DNA from: Macrostomum lignano
Taxonomy: Eukaryota
Length of the DNA: 64,000 bases
NCBI GenBank assembly: GCA_002269645.1
Contig: NIVC01003799.1
Location: 12,315-76,314 of the forward strand
Reading direction: 5' to 3'
This document shows positions 1 to 12,649 of the stretch, in pieces. The first letter of the stretch is position 1. Every line of letters starts with the position of its first letter. Position numbers and translations under genes: made by a program. The notes below the pieces were generated by a model. The model ran no database searches and had not been told where the DNA came from. It worked only from the letters and a program-made list of their open reading frames with translations.

Positions 1-78
1 TGCCATGGCAACAGATGGGGAGCCGGGTGCAGCGCCGGGCAATCGGCCGACGCCGGTAACTGTCTGAGCGACAGCAAC
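1..78 (-). CDS. Possible internal exon of a gene running off the left edge; product unknown
   Basis: GC-rich segment preceded on the minus strand by gtgttgtcAG (AG at 80-79) right after a 9-bp array. All three frames are open over this short stretch and no motif is recognisable. Confidence 0.25.
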
Positions 79-80
79 CT

Positions 81-440
81 GACAACACTAACAACAGCAG
101 TAACAACACTAACAACACTAACAATAGCATTAACAACACTAACAACACTAACAACACTAACAACACTAACAACACTAACAACACTAACAACACTAACAAC
201 AATAACAATAGCATTAACAACACTAACAACACTAACAACACTAACAACACTAACAACACTAACAACACTAACAACACTAACAACACTAACAACACTAACA
301 ACACTAACAACACTAACAACACTAACAACACTAACAACACTAACAACACTAACAACACTAACAACACTAACAACACTAACAACACTAACAACACTAACAA
401 CACTAACAACACTAACAACACTAACAACACTAACAACACT
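81..440. repeat. 9-bp tandem repeat (AACACTAAC)n
   Basis: Visible near-perfect array of about 40 units. Confidence 0.95.
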
Positions 441-1164
441 CACATTAACAACCGCACAAAAATTAACAAAATTAACAAAAAACGAATAACACTAACAAAT
501 TTAAGTATATCAGATTTTCTCTGTTTTTAATTGGTTTAAATGAACAATCAACTCTGTGACTTTAATTTAAATTCTGCATCATATCTGCTGTGGAAGAATT
601 TGCATTGCATATGCTGAGCTTCAGCGAGCTTTAATCTGCGCCCCCCCATTCTCCCTCTGTACAGGCAGAGCCGTAGCAATGTACACTTCCTGAAATGCGC
701 TTGCTTAATCAAATTAAAATAAATTCAATTCCAGCTTTGAAACGTCGGCATTTCATTGACGTTTGAGCTGCTTGTCTGCATCAAATGACATTCTTGCGAT
801 CCAATTCACTGCGGCCGGAGCTCGCTTCGGTAGGTAAATAAAGGAATGAGGCGGAAGGCCTTTTAGTTTCAATAGATGGAATGGCAGCGAAGAGTTTGTG
901 CTGTTTTGCGCGTGTATTTATATATTTACAAACAACGCCAGATTGAGGGGCCAAGCCAAGGGAGGTGCGAAACAGGTGGCGTGGCGTGATTGGCTACGCC
1001 AACCCCCCCCCCCGGCTTAGCGAGCCGGCTAGCATGGCGCGCACCCACCCCACCTCAGCTAGACAGAGGCGGGGGGGGGGTTTCCAGTGCGGCTGCACTG
1101 GTGCTGCCGGTCGCGTAGTCTGGCCGCCACAGGAATTGGATTTCTGAGCTGAGAAGCACACACA

Positions 1165-1530
1165 CCTCTTACTCTCATCTCTCCCTCTCATCTCTCCCTC
1201 TCAGCTCTCACTCTCATCTCTCTCTCTCTCATCTCTCCCTCTCATCTCTCCCTCTCATATCTCCCTCTCATCTTTCCCTCTCATCTCTCCCTCTCAGCTC
1301 TCCCTCTCAGCTCTCACTCTCATCTCTCACTCTTATCTCTCCATCTCATCTCTCCCTCTTATCTCTCACTTTCATCTCTCCCTCTCATCTCTCCCTCTCA
1401 TCTCTCTCTTATCTCTCCCTCTCATCTCTCACTCTCATCTCTCCCACTAATCTCTCCCTCTCATCTCCATCCTTCTCATATCTTCCTCTCATCTCTCTCT
1501 CATCTCTCCCGCTCATTCCCCTCCTACTCT
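1165..1530. repeat. ~13-bp pyrimidine-rich tandem repeat (CTCATCTCTCCCT)n
   Basis: Visible degenerate array. Confidence 0.9.
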
Positions 1531-2334
1531 CCCTCCTAAACAGGAACAGTGAAGGAGAGGAGCTGATATCTGTGCAGTTAAAGTGCGCCTCTCCCATAAG
1601 CGGTGAGAGCAGGACTCATATAGCCTACTTTGAGACAAAAAACTTCGGCACGACTTTTTTCTTAGAGAAGCGCAAGCTTGGGGCTCGGGATTCAAGTGGA
1701 TAAAAAGTGCAGTAAAAGAGCCACCCAGAAAGGTTTGGAGTAGATGCAGAGCCTCAACTGGAAGCTGGAAACAGGCAGCTCTGCTCGCCCCTGTGCTCAC
1801 ATAATTCTGTTTTGAGATGTCAGAGCGGGAGCGGCCCAGTTTACAGTGGCTAATTGCTTTTCTCCCACCCATTTAGGGGTCTATAATCCTAATCCCATCC
1901 CCTTCTGGGCAGGAATTCGATAAACAAATGCAACTCCTATTTAACTATGAATGGCGCGTATTTAATGAAATTATCTGGACAGTTGCAGCTCTCTCCAGTT
2001 CTGTCTCAGCTCTCCTCGCTCATTTTAAACATGAACTTTGCATGCTCAACCTGAGCAACCCTGCCCCTGCTCCCCCTGTGAATCCCCCTTGCCTCTCATG
2101 TCCCAGGCTATCAAATTCCTAAAAATCTCTTTGCCTTCGGTGATCAATATTGACTCAAGGGGACTCACGCTCTCACACGCCACCGGAAATTGCGAATTGC
2201 TGTTTTCCGGCACGCAATTTCTTGTGCCGTTTTGAAGCAATTTTGCTGGTTTTCAGAGGCGGTTTAACAGGTTTATGGCAAGTATGGGGCAATGCGCTTG
2301 GATTACTGCTTGTCTCAGTGTCCCCTCCCGTCTG

Positions 2335-3310
2335 CACTCACATCTCCCCTCTCATCTCCCCTCCCATCTCCCCTCCCCATCTCCCCTCCCATCTCCCCTC
2401 CATCTACACTCCCATCTCCCCTCCCATCCCCCCTCCCATCTCCCTTCCCATCTCCCCTCCCATCTCCCCTCTCATCTCCCCTCCCATCTCCCCTCCCATC
2501 TCCCCTCCCATCTCCCCTCCCATCTTCCCCTCCCATCTCACCTCCCATCTCCCCTCTCATCTCCCCTCCCATCTCCCCCTCCCATCTCCCCATCCCATCT
2601 CCCCCCATCTCCCCATCCCATCTCCCCCTCCCATCTCCCCATCCCATCTCCCCATCACATCTCCCCTCCCATCTCCCCTCCCATCTCCCCATCCCATCTC
2701 CCCATCACATCTCCCCTCCCATCTCCCCCTCCCATCTCCCCATCCCATCTCCCCATCCCATCTCCCCATCCCATCTCCCCCTCCCATCTCCCCTCCCATC
2801 TCCCCCTCCCATCTCCCCCTCCCATCTCCCCCTCCCATCTCCCCTCCCATCTGCACTCCGATCTCCCCTCTCATCTCCCTTCCCATCTCCCTCCCATCTC
2901 CCCTCCCATCTCCCCTCCCATCTCCCCCTCCCATCTCCCCATCCCATCTCCCCCCCATCTCCCCATCCCATCTCCCCCTCCCATCTCCCCATCCCATCTC
3001 CCCATCACATCTCCCCTCCCATCTCCCCCTCCCATCTCCCCTCCCATCTCCCCCTCCCATCTCCCCATCCCATCTCCCCATCCCATCCCCCCTCCCATCT
3101 CCCCTCCCATCTCCCCCTCCCATCTCCCCCTCCCATCTCCCCTCCCATCTGCACTCCGATCTCCCCTCTCATCTTCCCTCCCACCCCCTCCCATCTGCAC
3201 TCCCATCTCCCCTACCATCTTCCCTCCCACCCCCTCCCATCTGCACTCCAATCTCCCCTCCCATCTCCCCTCCCATCTCCCCTCCCATCTCCCCTCCCAT
3301 CTCCCTCCCA
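2335..3310. repeat. ~12-13-bp C-rich tandem repeat (CCCATCTCCCCT)n
   Basis: Visible array; it explains the Pro/Ser/His ORFs at 2150-3392. Confidence 0.95.
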
Positions 3311-3914
3311 ATTTTAAACACAGAATCATTCTGATCACAGCAGGGCAGTAACAACGATATGATGGAGTCAGGCATGAGTGCTGCTTGTCCATTTGGTAGA
3401 AGGATTAAAATCCCATATCGTGTTGCTAGGCCGGACCTGAATATCTCAAAACATAGGAGTTGTCCCCTGCAGCACAGCACAAGCAGAGCAGGGTCAGCTG
3501 TGACACTCAAGGCAACTCAGATCTTCGTTGAGCTTCTCAACTTCTGTCTCTCCCAGCCTGCAGCTGCTAAGCGCGTATGTTTATTATTGATGAGGCGTGC
3601 TCGGGAGCTGGGAGCGGCTCTCAGCCCGAGCTACTCGAACAGTCCCCTAAGCTGCTCGTTCGCACCTTGTCGCAACCTCCTCTCGAACCGGAAAGTCGAC
3701 ATTTATAGCTCTGGCAGCCGGCCGGGACTACCTGGGAGGGATCTCTTGGAAAGTCAAGCGAGTCACTGAATGGGAATTTTTTATTTTATTGCAACCATTG
3801 CTGAATTGGGTAATGTTTTGTTCTTTTGTGTTAACATGAAAACAGAAATACTTCAGTAAAAAACTAGAAATTCACTTAGCGTGATAGCCAATTCACGACT
3901 GCTGCAGTTCACTG

Positions 3915-4585
3915 TGCACAGTGACCAGTGACCAGTAATAAGTTATCATTGACACGTGACCAGTGACCAGTGATAAGTGATCAGTGACAAGTGACCAGTG
4001 ACCAGTGACCTTTAATCAGTGCTCAGTGACCAGTGACAAGTGACCAGTGACAAGTGACCAGTGACAAGTGACCAGTGACAAGTGACCAGTGACCAGTAAT
4101 AAGTGATCAGTGACAAGTGATCAGTGAGCAGTGACCAGTGACAAGTGACAAGTGACCAGTGACCAGTGACAAGTGACCAGTGACCAGTAATAAGTGATCA
4201 GTGACAAGTGATCAGTGAGCAGTGACCAGTGACAAGTGACCAGTGACCAGTGACAAGTGACCAGTGACCAGTAATAAGTGATCAGTGACAAGTGATCAGT
4301 GACCAGTAATATGTGATCAGTGACAAGTAGTAAGCGACCAGTGACAAGTGACCAGTGACCAGTAATATGTGATCAGTGACAAGTATTAAGCGACCAGTGA
4401 CAAGTGACCAGTGACCAGTAATATGTGATCAGTGACAAGTATTAAGCGACCAGTGACAAGTGACCAGTGACCAGTAATATGTGATCAGTGACAAGTATTA
4501 AGCGACCAGTGACAAGTGACCAGTGACCAGTAATATGTGATCAGTGACAAGTAGTAAGTGACCAGTGACCAATGACCAGTGACTT
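3915..4585. repeat. 7-bp-based compound repeat (GTGACCA/GTGACAA)n with higher-order units
   Basis: Visible array; the same family recurs at ~5445-5710. Confidence 0.9.
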
Positions 4586-5119
4586 TGAACAGCAGTTTTC
4601 ATTTTTTCAGACATCATAAAGTGGCGCTCGCTAAAATAAAACAAGCGTTTCTTAAAAACATTTGCCACTAACTAAAAATAGGCCTCAGTAATAAGGCCCT
4701 ATTATCGAGGCACAATGCGAACTCTGATTTGGCTGGTGTCTGGGGGACGCCCCCCCTCCTCCCCTCCTTACCCCCTCCGGACTCACTCAGATGCAGCACC
4801 GGCGGCTGTTTGCTCACCCGGGCGCGATTCGCATCCGTCACCTCGTAAAGTTCGTTAGCTTGGCTGCCTTCCCTTTCTCCCTCCCACTGTCCTCCCTCCT
4901 CCTCCCTCCCCCCGAGCTCGGTCTGCGACTGCATTTAATTTTCCCAAGTTCCGCCTCAGCGCGCTCGGCCCCGCGGTCGCCTTCTCCGAGCACTGCCGAG
5001 GCAGCTCGCCCACTTTTCTGCTTTGCTTTGCTGCGCTCCGCCGTTTGGCTTCTTTTGCTGTCTGTGCGAGCGAGACAGAGTCGCACAGGTTTTTCTATTG
5101 CCCTGCCAACTTAATCTCT

Positions 5120-5440
5120 TCCATCTCTTGTCCATCCATTCTGTTCTGTCTCGCTTCTATCTCTCTTCTATCTTGCTTCTGTCTCACTTCTGTCTCACTT
5201 CTATCTCCTTCTATCTTGCTTCTGTCTCACTTCTGTCTCACTTCTGTCTCACTTCTATCTCACTTCTATCTCCTTCTATCTCACTTCTGTCTCACTTCTG
5301 TCTCACTTCTATCTCTCTTCTATCTTGCTTCTGTCTCACTTCTGTCTCACATCTGTCTCATTTCTATCTCCTTCTGTCTCACTTCTGTCTCACTTCTGTC
5401 TCACTTCTATTTCTCTTTTATCTCGCTTCCATGTCTCTTC
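5120..5440. repeat. 11-bp repeat (TCTCACTTCTG/A)n
   Basis: Visible array; a related copy lies at ~5710-5795. Confidence 0.9.
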
Positions 5441-5444
5441 TATG

Positions 5445-5710
5445 ACCAATGACCAGTAATAAAGTGATCAGTGACAAGTGACCAGTGATCAGTGATCAGT
5501 GACAAGAGACCAGTGGCCAGTAATAAGTGATCAGTGACCAGTGACCAGTGACCAGTAATCAGTGCTCAGTGACCAGTGACTAGGGAACTGTGATCAGTGT
5601 CGAGTGATAAGTGACCAGTGACCATTGACCATTGAACAGTAATAAGTGACCAGTGAAAAGTGACCAGTGACCAGTAATATGTGATCAGTGACAAGTAGTA
5701 AGTGACCACT
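5445..5710. repeat. Second (GTGACCA)n-family array
   Basis: Same units as 3915-4585. Confidence 0.85.
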
Positions 5711-5825
5711 TATCTCGCTTCTATCTCTCTTCTGTCTCTCTTCTATCACATTTCTATCTCTCCTTCTGTCTCACTTCTATATCTCTTCTTCTATCACCTT
5801 CCACCTTCCGTCCTTCCCGCTCGCC

Positions 5826-5905
5826 AGGGCTAGTGCTAGGGCTAGTGCTAGGGCTAGTGCTAGGGCTAGTGCTAGGGCTAGTGCTAGGGCTAGTGCTAGG
5901 GCTAG
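5826..5905. repeat. 12-bp repeat (AGGGCTAGTGCT)n
   Basis: About 6-7 perfect copies. Confidence 0.9.
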
Positions 5906-6580
5906 AGGCTCGCCCGAGTCAATTTTTGTGCACAAGCTCCAAATCAATGTCGTGGTGTAAGAGTCTGACGCGGTCACCGCTGGGCTGCTCTGTCCCTGCA
6001 GCTTGCATGCATTTTATTTTCAGTGTCCGCCGTGAATAACTGGTTCACTGACAATTTCCTTAATCATTCGCAGATTAAAAGCTCCATTATTCAGACACTG
6101 GGGCATCTGTGGTGAGACGGTTGAACTTTTCTGGCCGGTTTAAACCTTCATCAATATTTTTCTTTCTAATCCGAGCTCTACTGAAGTAGACAGCAACATG
6201 CGGTTGCTTGACAGAAAGCAGGAGCAGACGCGGGCAATTGCATGCAACCTGCTCGGGGCGGGGAAGAGTGGAGCGGATAGTGGGGCAGAAATGACTGGAA
6301 AGAAGAAGCGATTCAACACGATTGGAAGGTGGGGGGGGGGGTGAAAGAAGAGGAGGAGACTGCAGGCCCCGGTCCCGTGCTCATTTCTCCCCCCCCCCTC
6401 AGCCACTCCCCGCCTCTCCTCCGCTCTTCCCCTTCTCGCCCTCAACAATGGAAAAGGCGGCTGGGAAGCGGCAGGCAGGCGGACAGCCCGAACTCGCATC
6501 CGCAGCTGCCCAGCCGGCCGCCCTGTCTTCAGCCTTTCCTCCCGTTTCTGTCTGGCATTTTATCCCCCCCGAGGGAGCAG

Positions 6581-6777
6581 ATGCGCCGTCAAGGAGGCTG
6601 CGCGGCTGCATCGCCACCGAGGTTGCTGGTCCGTTTTTGTCTGCTGCTTTTGCTGGGTAAGTGATGGAGCTTGAGAAACTTAACTCCAGCGGAGCTCAAA
6701 AATCAATGATTGATTAATCGCTTGTTTCCATAGCGACAAGAATAATGGCTTCAGAAGCTGGGTCTTTCTCTCTTTGT

Positions 6778-6809
<32 letters not shown>

Positions 6810-9800
6810 GCTCTCGTCGGCCAGCCTTCTTCGTCGCTCCATCGATCACCTGAAAGTGAAGTCTGGAGCTGGGAAGCCACATGCAGGGCGCTCCGGGGAC
6901 AAGAGGACTAACTGCTTAGGATTTGAAACTGCTGCGCCGTCTGAAGTACTCTGGGGCACTCTGCCCCCCCCTCTCAGTGCTCTCTGAATCGCTCAATCGA
7001 ACGAAGGAAATGCAATTTCAGCGGGTGACCAGCTTCAACCAGTTTCAAGCACTTGGCCCGGCCGCTCCCTCCGGCTGTTCTTTTTCTGTCCATGTTGTGT
7101 TGCAGGAGCATTGTCGTGTGTTTATCGCTTCTGTGTTTACCGAGAACTCAAACCTGCTATATGGTGCAAAGTGACGTTTATTGAGTACAGATAGAGCTTA
7201 GTATGCTGCAGTATTTAAATTTCCTGAGTCAAGGATGCGCTGTGCTCAAACCGCTTCAGGCTGCGTCAGAGCCGCCAGCGAATCGGACTGGCGGCCGAGG
7301 CCTGATGAGCAGGAGGAGTGGTCGCCGGGCGATCACCGCTGGCCGGTGGAGAAGCGCCTGACAACCCAGCTGCTGAGCCGCTACGCGCAGTGGGGCATTG
7401 TCGGCCGGCCGGTTGTCAACAGCTCAGACGTGATGACTGTCCGGCTGGGCCTGGCCCTGATTCAGATTCTTGACCTGGAGGAGAACAAGCAGATGCTGCG
7501 AACCAACTGCTGGTTGAGATTCGTGAGTTCCATATTGGCTTTTGACACTCGGGACTGAATAGGGAAGGCTGCAATTCAAGAATATGCAAATACGAGGCTG
7601 CACCTGACTTGCGAACACCAATCTAACATGATGATTAATAACACATGTGACAACCTTCCACACCATTTCCAGACCTGGCGGGACAACCTGCTGTCCTGGG
7701 AGAACTGGACCGAGCCGGAATTCCGCGCCATCCGGCAGATCCGGGTCGCACCATCGCAGATCTGGACGCCGGACATCAAGTTGTACAATTTGTGAGGCTC
7801 GCCAATCAGTTTTTGATGTTGATTTATACAAAAACTACCAAGAGAGAGAATTTCTATCGTCATTTAAAACAATGCTTTGCTCTAAACCTAAAACCTTGAG
7901 CAGTGCCGACGAGAGAACCATGGAGATCAGGGAGGCTCGAGTCGTCGTGGATCGCAGCGGCGAAGTTCTGTGGATTCCGCAGGCGTTGCTCAAGACCACC
8001 TGTCAGGTCACCATTATGCACTTCCCGTTCGATACGCAGGTGAATGTCTCTGTGACCTGTCTTGTCTGTAATTTCTGCGGCTAACTGTTTTCAGCTTGTG
8101 TCTCGCTAGCCCTCTTATTTAGTGAAGCCAGCTGTTTTGAGCAGTCAAGCGATTAATGGATTATCCAAAGTAGCTTTCCGCAAAGGGCAGAGCAGCCTCT
8201 CTGCTAATCTTCAGTGCTGATCTTCAGTCCCGATCAAAAATACCAGTTAAGCAGAGTTGGTCCCGTTTTGGAATGTTGCAGCTCAGTTGACTGCTTGCGT
8301 CACCTCGCAAGTGAAACTTGAGCTTGAGCATGTGACTCTCGCTTCAAAGTACCTGCAAGGTTCGATTCCATGCTTGTGTACAAAAATTTGGCCTAGGGAT
8401 TGGCATGCTTCTCCACATTCAAGCCCATTAAGTGCGCAAATGCATGGACATGACTATAACCATCTCCTCAGCTCTGCTGCATCCGGTTCGGATCGTGGAC
8501 CTACGACGAGCGTCAACTGCTGCTGGACTGGTCCATGACGGACCTGCGACTCAACGACACCTACTCCATCCAGAAGTTGCTGCCGTTTGTCGACTTCAGT
8601 GATTACGTTGAGAGCAACGAGTGGGAGACGGACGGCGAGAGCGAGATGGACGTGGCGGACCCAGACGACCGGATCATGCAGATCCGCAGCGGCGTCACCT
8701 ACCGGCACGAGCCCGCGCATGACTGGCTGGTCCGGCCGGTGCAGAAGAAGTTCCGCCTGCTGGAGTACCGCATCCGCATGATGCGGAACCCTTCGTTCTA
8801 CGTTGCCATCCTGGTTGTGCCGTGCATCTTGCTGTCCATGCTCACCCTGGTTGTCTTCTGCCTGCCTCCTGAAGCACCAGCCAAGATGCTCTTGGGTGAG
8901 GAGCTGTTGAGTTCCCCGATTGTTCTGTAAAGTTTATATAATTGGGATTCCTAACTCCGCCTCCAAAGTACTCGTACATGTAACTCAAAAAAGCCCTGAA
9001 AACCAAACGATTCCATGCAGGCATGAACATCTTTGTCGCATTCTTCATTCTGCTGCTGCTGCTTGCCGAACTCATTCCCAGCGCAGTGGAGACTTTCCCG
9101 CTGATCGGTAAGCACACAGTGAGTCAGACATGTAGGATTGGTAAGCATACAGTGAGTCAGACATGTAGGATTGGTAAGCATACAGTGAGGCAGACAAGTA
9201 GGATTGGTAAGCATACAGTGAGTCAGACATGTAGGATTGGTAAGCAGACAGTGAGGCAGACAAGTAGGATTGGTAAGCATACAGTGATTCAGACATGTAG
9301 GATTGGTAAGCATACAGTGAGTCAGACATGTAGGATCGGTAAGCATACAGTGAGTCAGACATGTAGGATTGGTAAGCATACAGTGAGTCAGACATGTAGG
9401 ATCGGTAAGCATACAGTGAGTCAGACATGTAGGATCGGTAAGCATCCAGTGAGGCAGACATGTAGGATTGGTAAGCATACAGTGCATCAGACATGTGGGA
9501 TCGGTAAGCATCCAGTGCATCAGACATGTGGGATCGGTAAGCATCCAGTGCATCAGACATGTAGGATCGGCAAGCATCCAGTGAGGCAGACATGTAGGAT
9601 CGGTAAGCATCCAGTGAGTCAGACATGTAGGATCGGTAAGCATCCAGTGAGGCAGACATGTAGGATTGGTAAGCATCCAGTGAGGCAGACATGTAGGATC
9701 GGTAAGCATCCAGTGAGGCAGACATGTAGGATTGGTAAGCATACAGTGAGTCAGACATGTAGGATCGGTAAGCATCCAGTGAGGCAGACATGTAGGATTG

Positions 9801-12639
9801 GTAAGCATACAGTGCATCAGACATGTGGGATCGGTAAGCATACAGTGAGTCAGACATGTAGGATCGGTAAGCAGACAGTGAGGCAGACATGTAGGATTGG
9901 TAAGCATCCAGTGAGTCAGACATGTAGGATCGGTAAGCATCCAGTGAGGCAGACATGTAGGATTGGTAAGCATACAGTGAGTCAGACATGTAGGATCGGT
10001 AAGCATCCAGTGAGGCAGACATGTAGGATTGGTAAGCATACAGTGAGTCAGACATGTAGGATCGGTAAGCATCCAGTGAGGCAGACATGTAGGATTGGTA
10101 AGCATACAGTGCATCAGACATGTGGGATCGGTAAGCATCCAGTGCATCAGACATGTGGGATCGGTAAGCATCCAGTGCATCAGACATGTGGGATCGGTAA
10201 GCAGTGCATCAAATTTAACTCAAATTTAATAAATAAGTCACAATTGCAGGTCGGTACTACTGCGTCAACATGGGCATCATAACGCTCTCGACTTTTCTAG
10301 TCACAATTATCGTTAATCTGCACTTTAACGGCGGCAAAAGCGGTCCGATGCCACCTCTGCTGAGACGCGTGAGTTGACCTCATCTATTTTCCTCTCCCTG
10401 CTATTTTCAGTTTCCCTCCCGCCTTCCCTCGGCTTCTCCCAGACCTGCTTCCTGTCGCTCACGACTCGGCATGAAGGAGGCGGCGGTGGCCCCGGGACTT
10501 CCCTGCAGCTCTCCTCAACTTTCACTGCCCGCTGAATCTCTGCCGCTTAAAACCGGCGCCTCAAACCCGGCTACCGAGGAGGCTGCCGAGTTTAACGGCT
10601 TCTCCTGCCTATTCAGGACAAAAACTGGGATCACGAATTCCCGTCGTTGCCCGGCTGTGGCTGCCACTCTTGCAGATGAAGAAAGCTCGGGAGAGAAGCA
10701 GAGAACAGCCTCCTATGGGGCAGTCTTCATGTTAATAAAAAATCGGAAACTGCATCACTTCATTCAAAAATTTAAATAGATTTAATTATTATGATGTTAT
10801 GAGAGCTTTGAACCGAAAGTTTTACCAAAGCGATGCGATCCGATAGCTGGCACGATGCAGCCCTGTGATATTCGGAACTCAGAAAGTCGCAACTCGCCTG
10901 AGTCTGCCCTCCCGGAACAAAGTTGGCGTCTCTATCATTTCCCGTTGCTTCGGGGAATGGCGGCAAAGTGAATTATTGCCCCTACCTGCCCCACCCCGTC
11001 CGCCTCTCCGTGATTGCCGAGCTTCGCTTCGCCACCTTCCTCTCTCGTGCTCGGCCATCGCGCCGGTCGCATCCGCTCTCGGCCTCTCCTCAAAGGCTTT
11101 CCTCCCTCCATCCAGCTCGAGCCGACTTCGCCTTTTTCCTGGCTTTCACTAGCGCGAGACGCCGCCGAGTCAGAAAGGGAGACGGTGGGGGGGCGGAGAG
11201 GCATCGGGGAGGCTTCCTCCCGGCGAGATTGACGAGGCTGGGCGGCATAAAGGAGGAACTGCACGGCGGGGATGGAGAGAGGAGGCAGTGAATGGGCCGG
11301 CATAAAGAAGAATTAGGAGCCTGGCGCAGATCCCCCCACCTTTGTAGGCTCGGGCTCCTTTCTCTGTCGCCTCGTCCGCCCCACTTCAGCCCTGCTGCTG
11401 TCCTCTTGTTGTCATCGATTTCCCAATCACCGCCCGCATGGGCCATCGTGCCCTCAGGTGGACCGGCCGGCCTCACAGCGGGGGCGGGGCGGCGGATTAA
11501 TCATTAGTGCAGTTCCTCTCGCTCGTTTCTTGCTGCGCTTACACAGAGGCGCTCCATCTGAGATGAGGCGATCATCATTATCCAGTGTGCCCGAGTCGGG
11601 AGACTGGTTAGCTGCTGCACTCCGCATCCATCCGGTTGGGATTTGAGCTCAAATGAGCAACTTTCAAGCCCGAATCCTGGCTTGCCGTCAATCTGAGCTC
11701 GTACTATGCAGTGCCCGGCTTATTCTTGTCTTTCAAACCTCACTACAGAGCCTGAAATTTCTTTTGACGCGGCGCGTCTCCTTTGATCTTCTCTTCCTTG
11801 ATTAAATTTCCTGCTGAGTTGTGTGTCCCCAGAAGTTCCCACTCGATAGCCCGACCGGGCGCTGCTATCAGACGTCCTGATGATTCTTCTTACGAGATGT
11901 CCGGCCAGAAAGCCTCCAGAGACACTACTTGAGTGAGTAGAAAGTAAGACATTTCCCCACCCTCCGTCTGCAGATCATGATCGAGGGCCTCGGCTGCCTG
12001 CTGCTGGTCCGCTGCCGGGCCCCGCCGCCCAATGACCCGGTGCAGCGGCGCGGCAGCGCCGACTCTGCCGGCCAGGCCGCGGGAGTATCGGCTGCTGCCG
12101 CGTTGCCGTCGACATCTGCGGCAGCGTCATCGGCGGCGACGTTTGCAGTGTCGGGAAGCGTCGCGGGTCCATCCGGCTGCTCAGCCGGTGGTCACGGCGG
12201 CGGCGGCGGCGGCGGCATCACCAAGTGTCGCAACTTTCGTATCGCGGAGTCGTCGACGGCGAATCACCGCGGCAGCGGCAGCGGCCTTCTGGGAGTTCGC
12301 AAGGCCTGGGCGGCCGTTGGCGACTCCAGCCGACGGATGCCGCACGTCGGTTTGCTGCTGGGTTGCCCGCCGCATGTTGAGGAGGATCTGCAGGAGATCA
12401 GCCGGCTCATCAGGATGTTCCTCGGCAAGAAGAAGGCCAGCGATGTGGCCAACGTGATCTCCATGGAGTGGCGGACACTGGCCCGGGTGCTGGACCGCCT
12501 GTTCTTCGTGACCTACCTGGTCCTCATCGCCACCTTCATCCTGCTGTTTATTCCCGCCCGGGTGCAGACCGTCCGCAGTCCGCCGTGCGGTGGCTCCGCG
12601 CGCAGCTGCGGCGTCGGCTGCAGACTGGGACCGATGTAG
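6581..12639 (+). CDS. Cys-loop ligand-gated ion channel subunit, nAChR-like non-alpha, predicted anion-selective (~629 aa)
   Basis: Exons 6581-6656, 7260-7522, 7673-7791, 7904-8039, 8472-8895, 9021-9107, 10250-10368, 11974-12639. All GT-AG with matching phases; total 1890 nt. Signal peptide (RLLVRFCLLLLLG), WTPDIKLYN, Cys-loop C-QVTIMHFPFDTQL-C, FGSWTYD, M1-M3 and M4 (EWRTLARVLDRLFF) are all present. Confidence 0.93.
9104..10203 (+). repeat. 33-bp intronic tandem array (ATC/TG|GTAAGCATACAGTGAGTCAGACATGTAGG) x33 plus a partial unit, containing the exon 6 donor
   Basis: Perfect 11-codon periodicity (IGKHTVSQTCR) from 9104; the final partial unit starts at 10193. Confidence 0.95.
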
Positions 12640-12649
12640 GAGACTGGGG

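Noticed and set aside
2150-3392. Long Pro/Ser/His and Gly/Asp/Glu ORFs
   Set aside because: Translations of a C-rich tandem repeat, open in many frames with no domain content.
8951-10187. Minus-strand ORFs (MLTDPTCLxHW)n and (MSDSLYAYQSY)n; CRISPR-like periodicity
   Set aside because: Antisense readings of the 33-bp array. Units abut with no unique spacers, there are no cas genes, and the context is eukaryotic.
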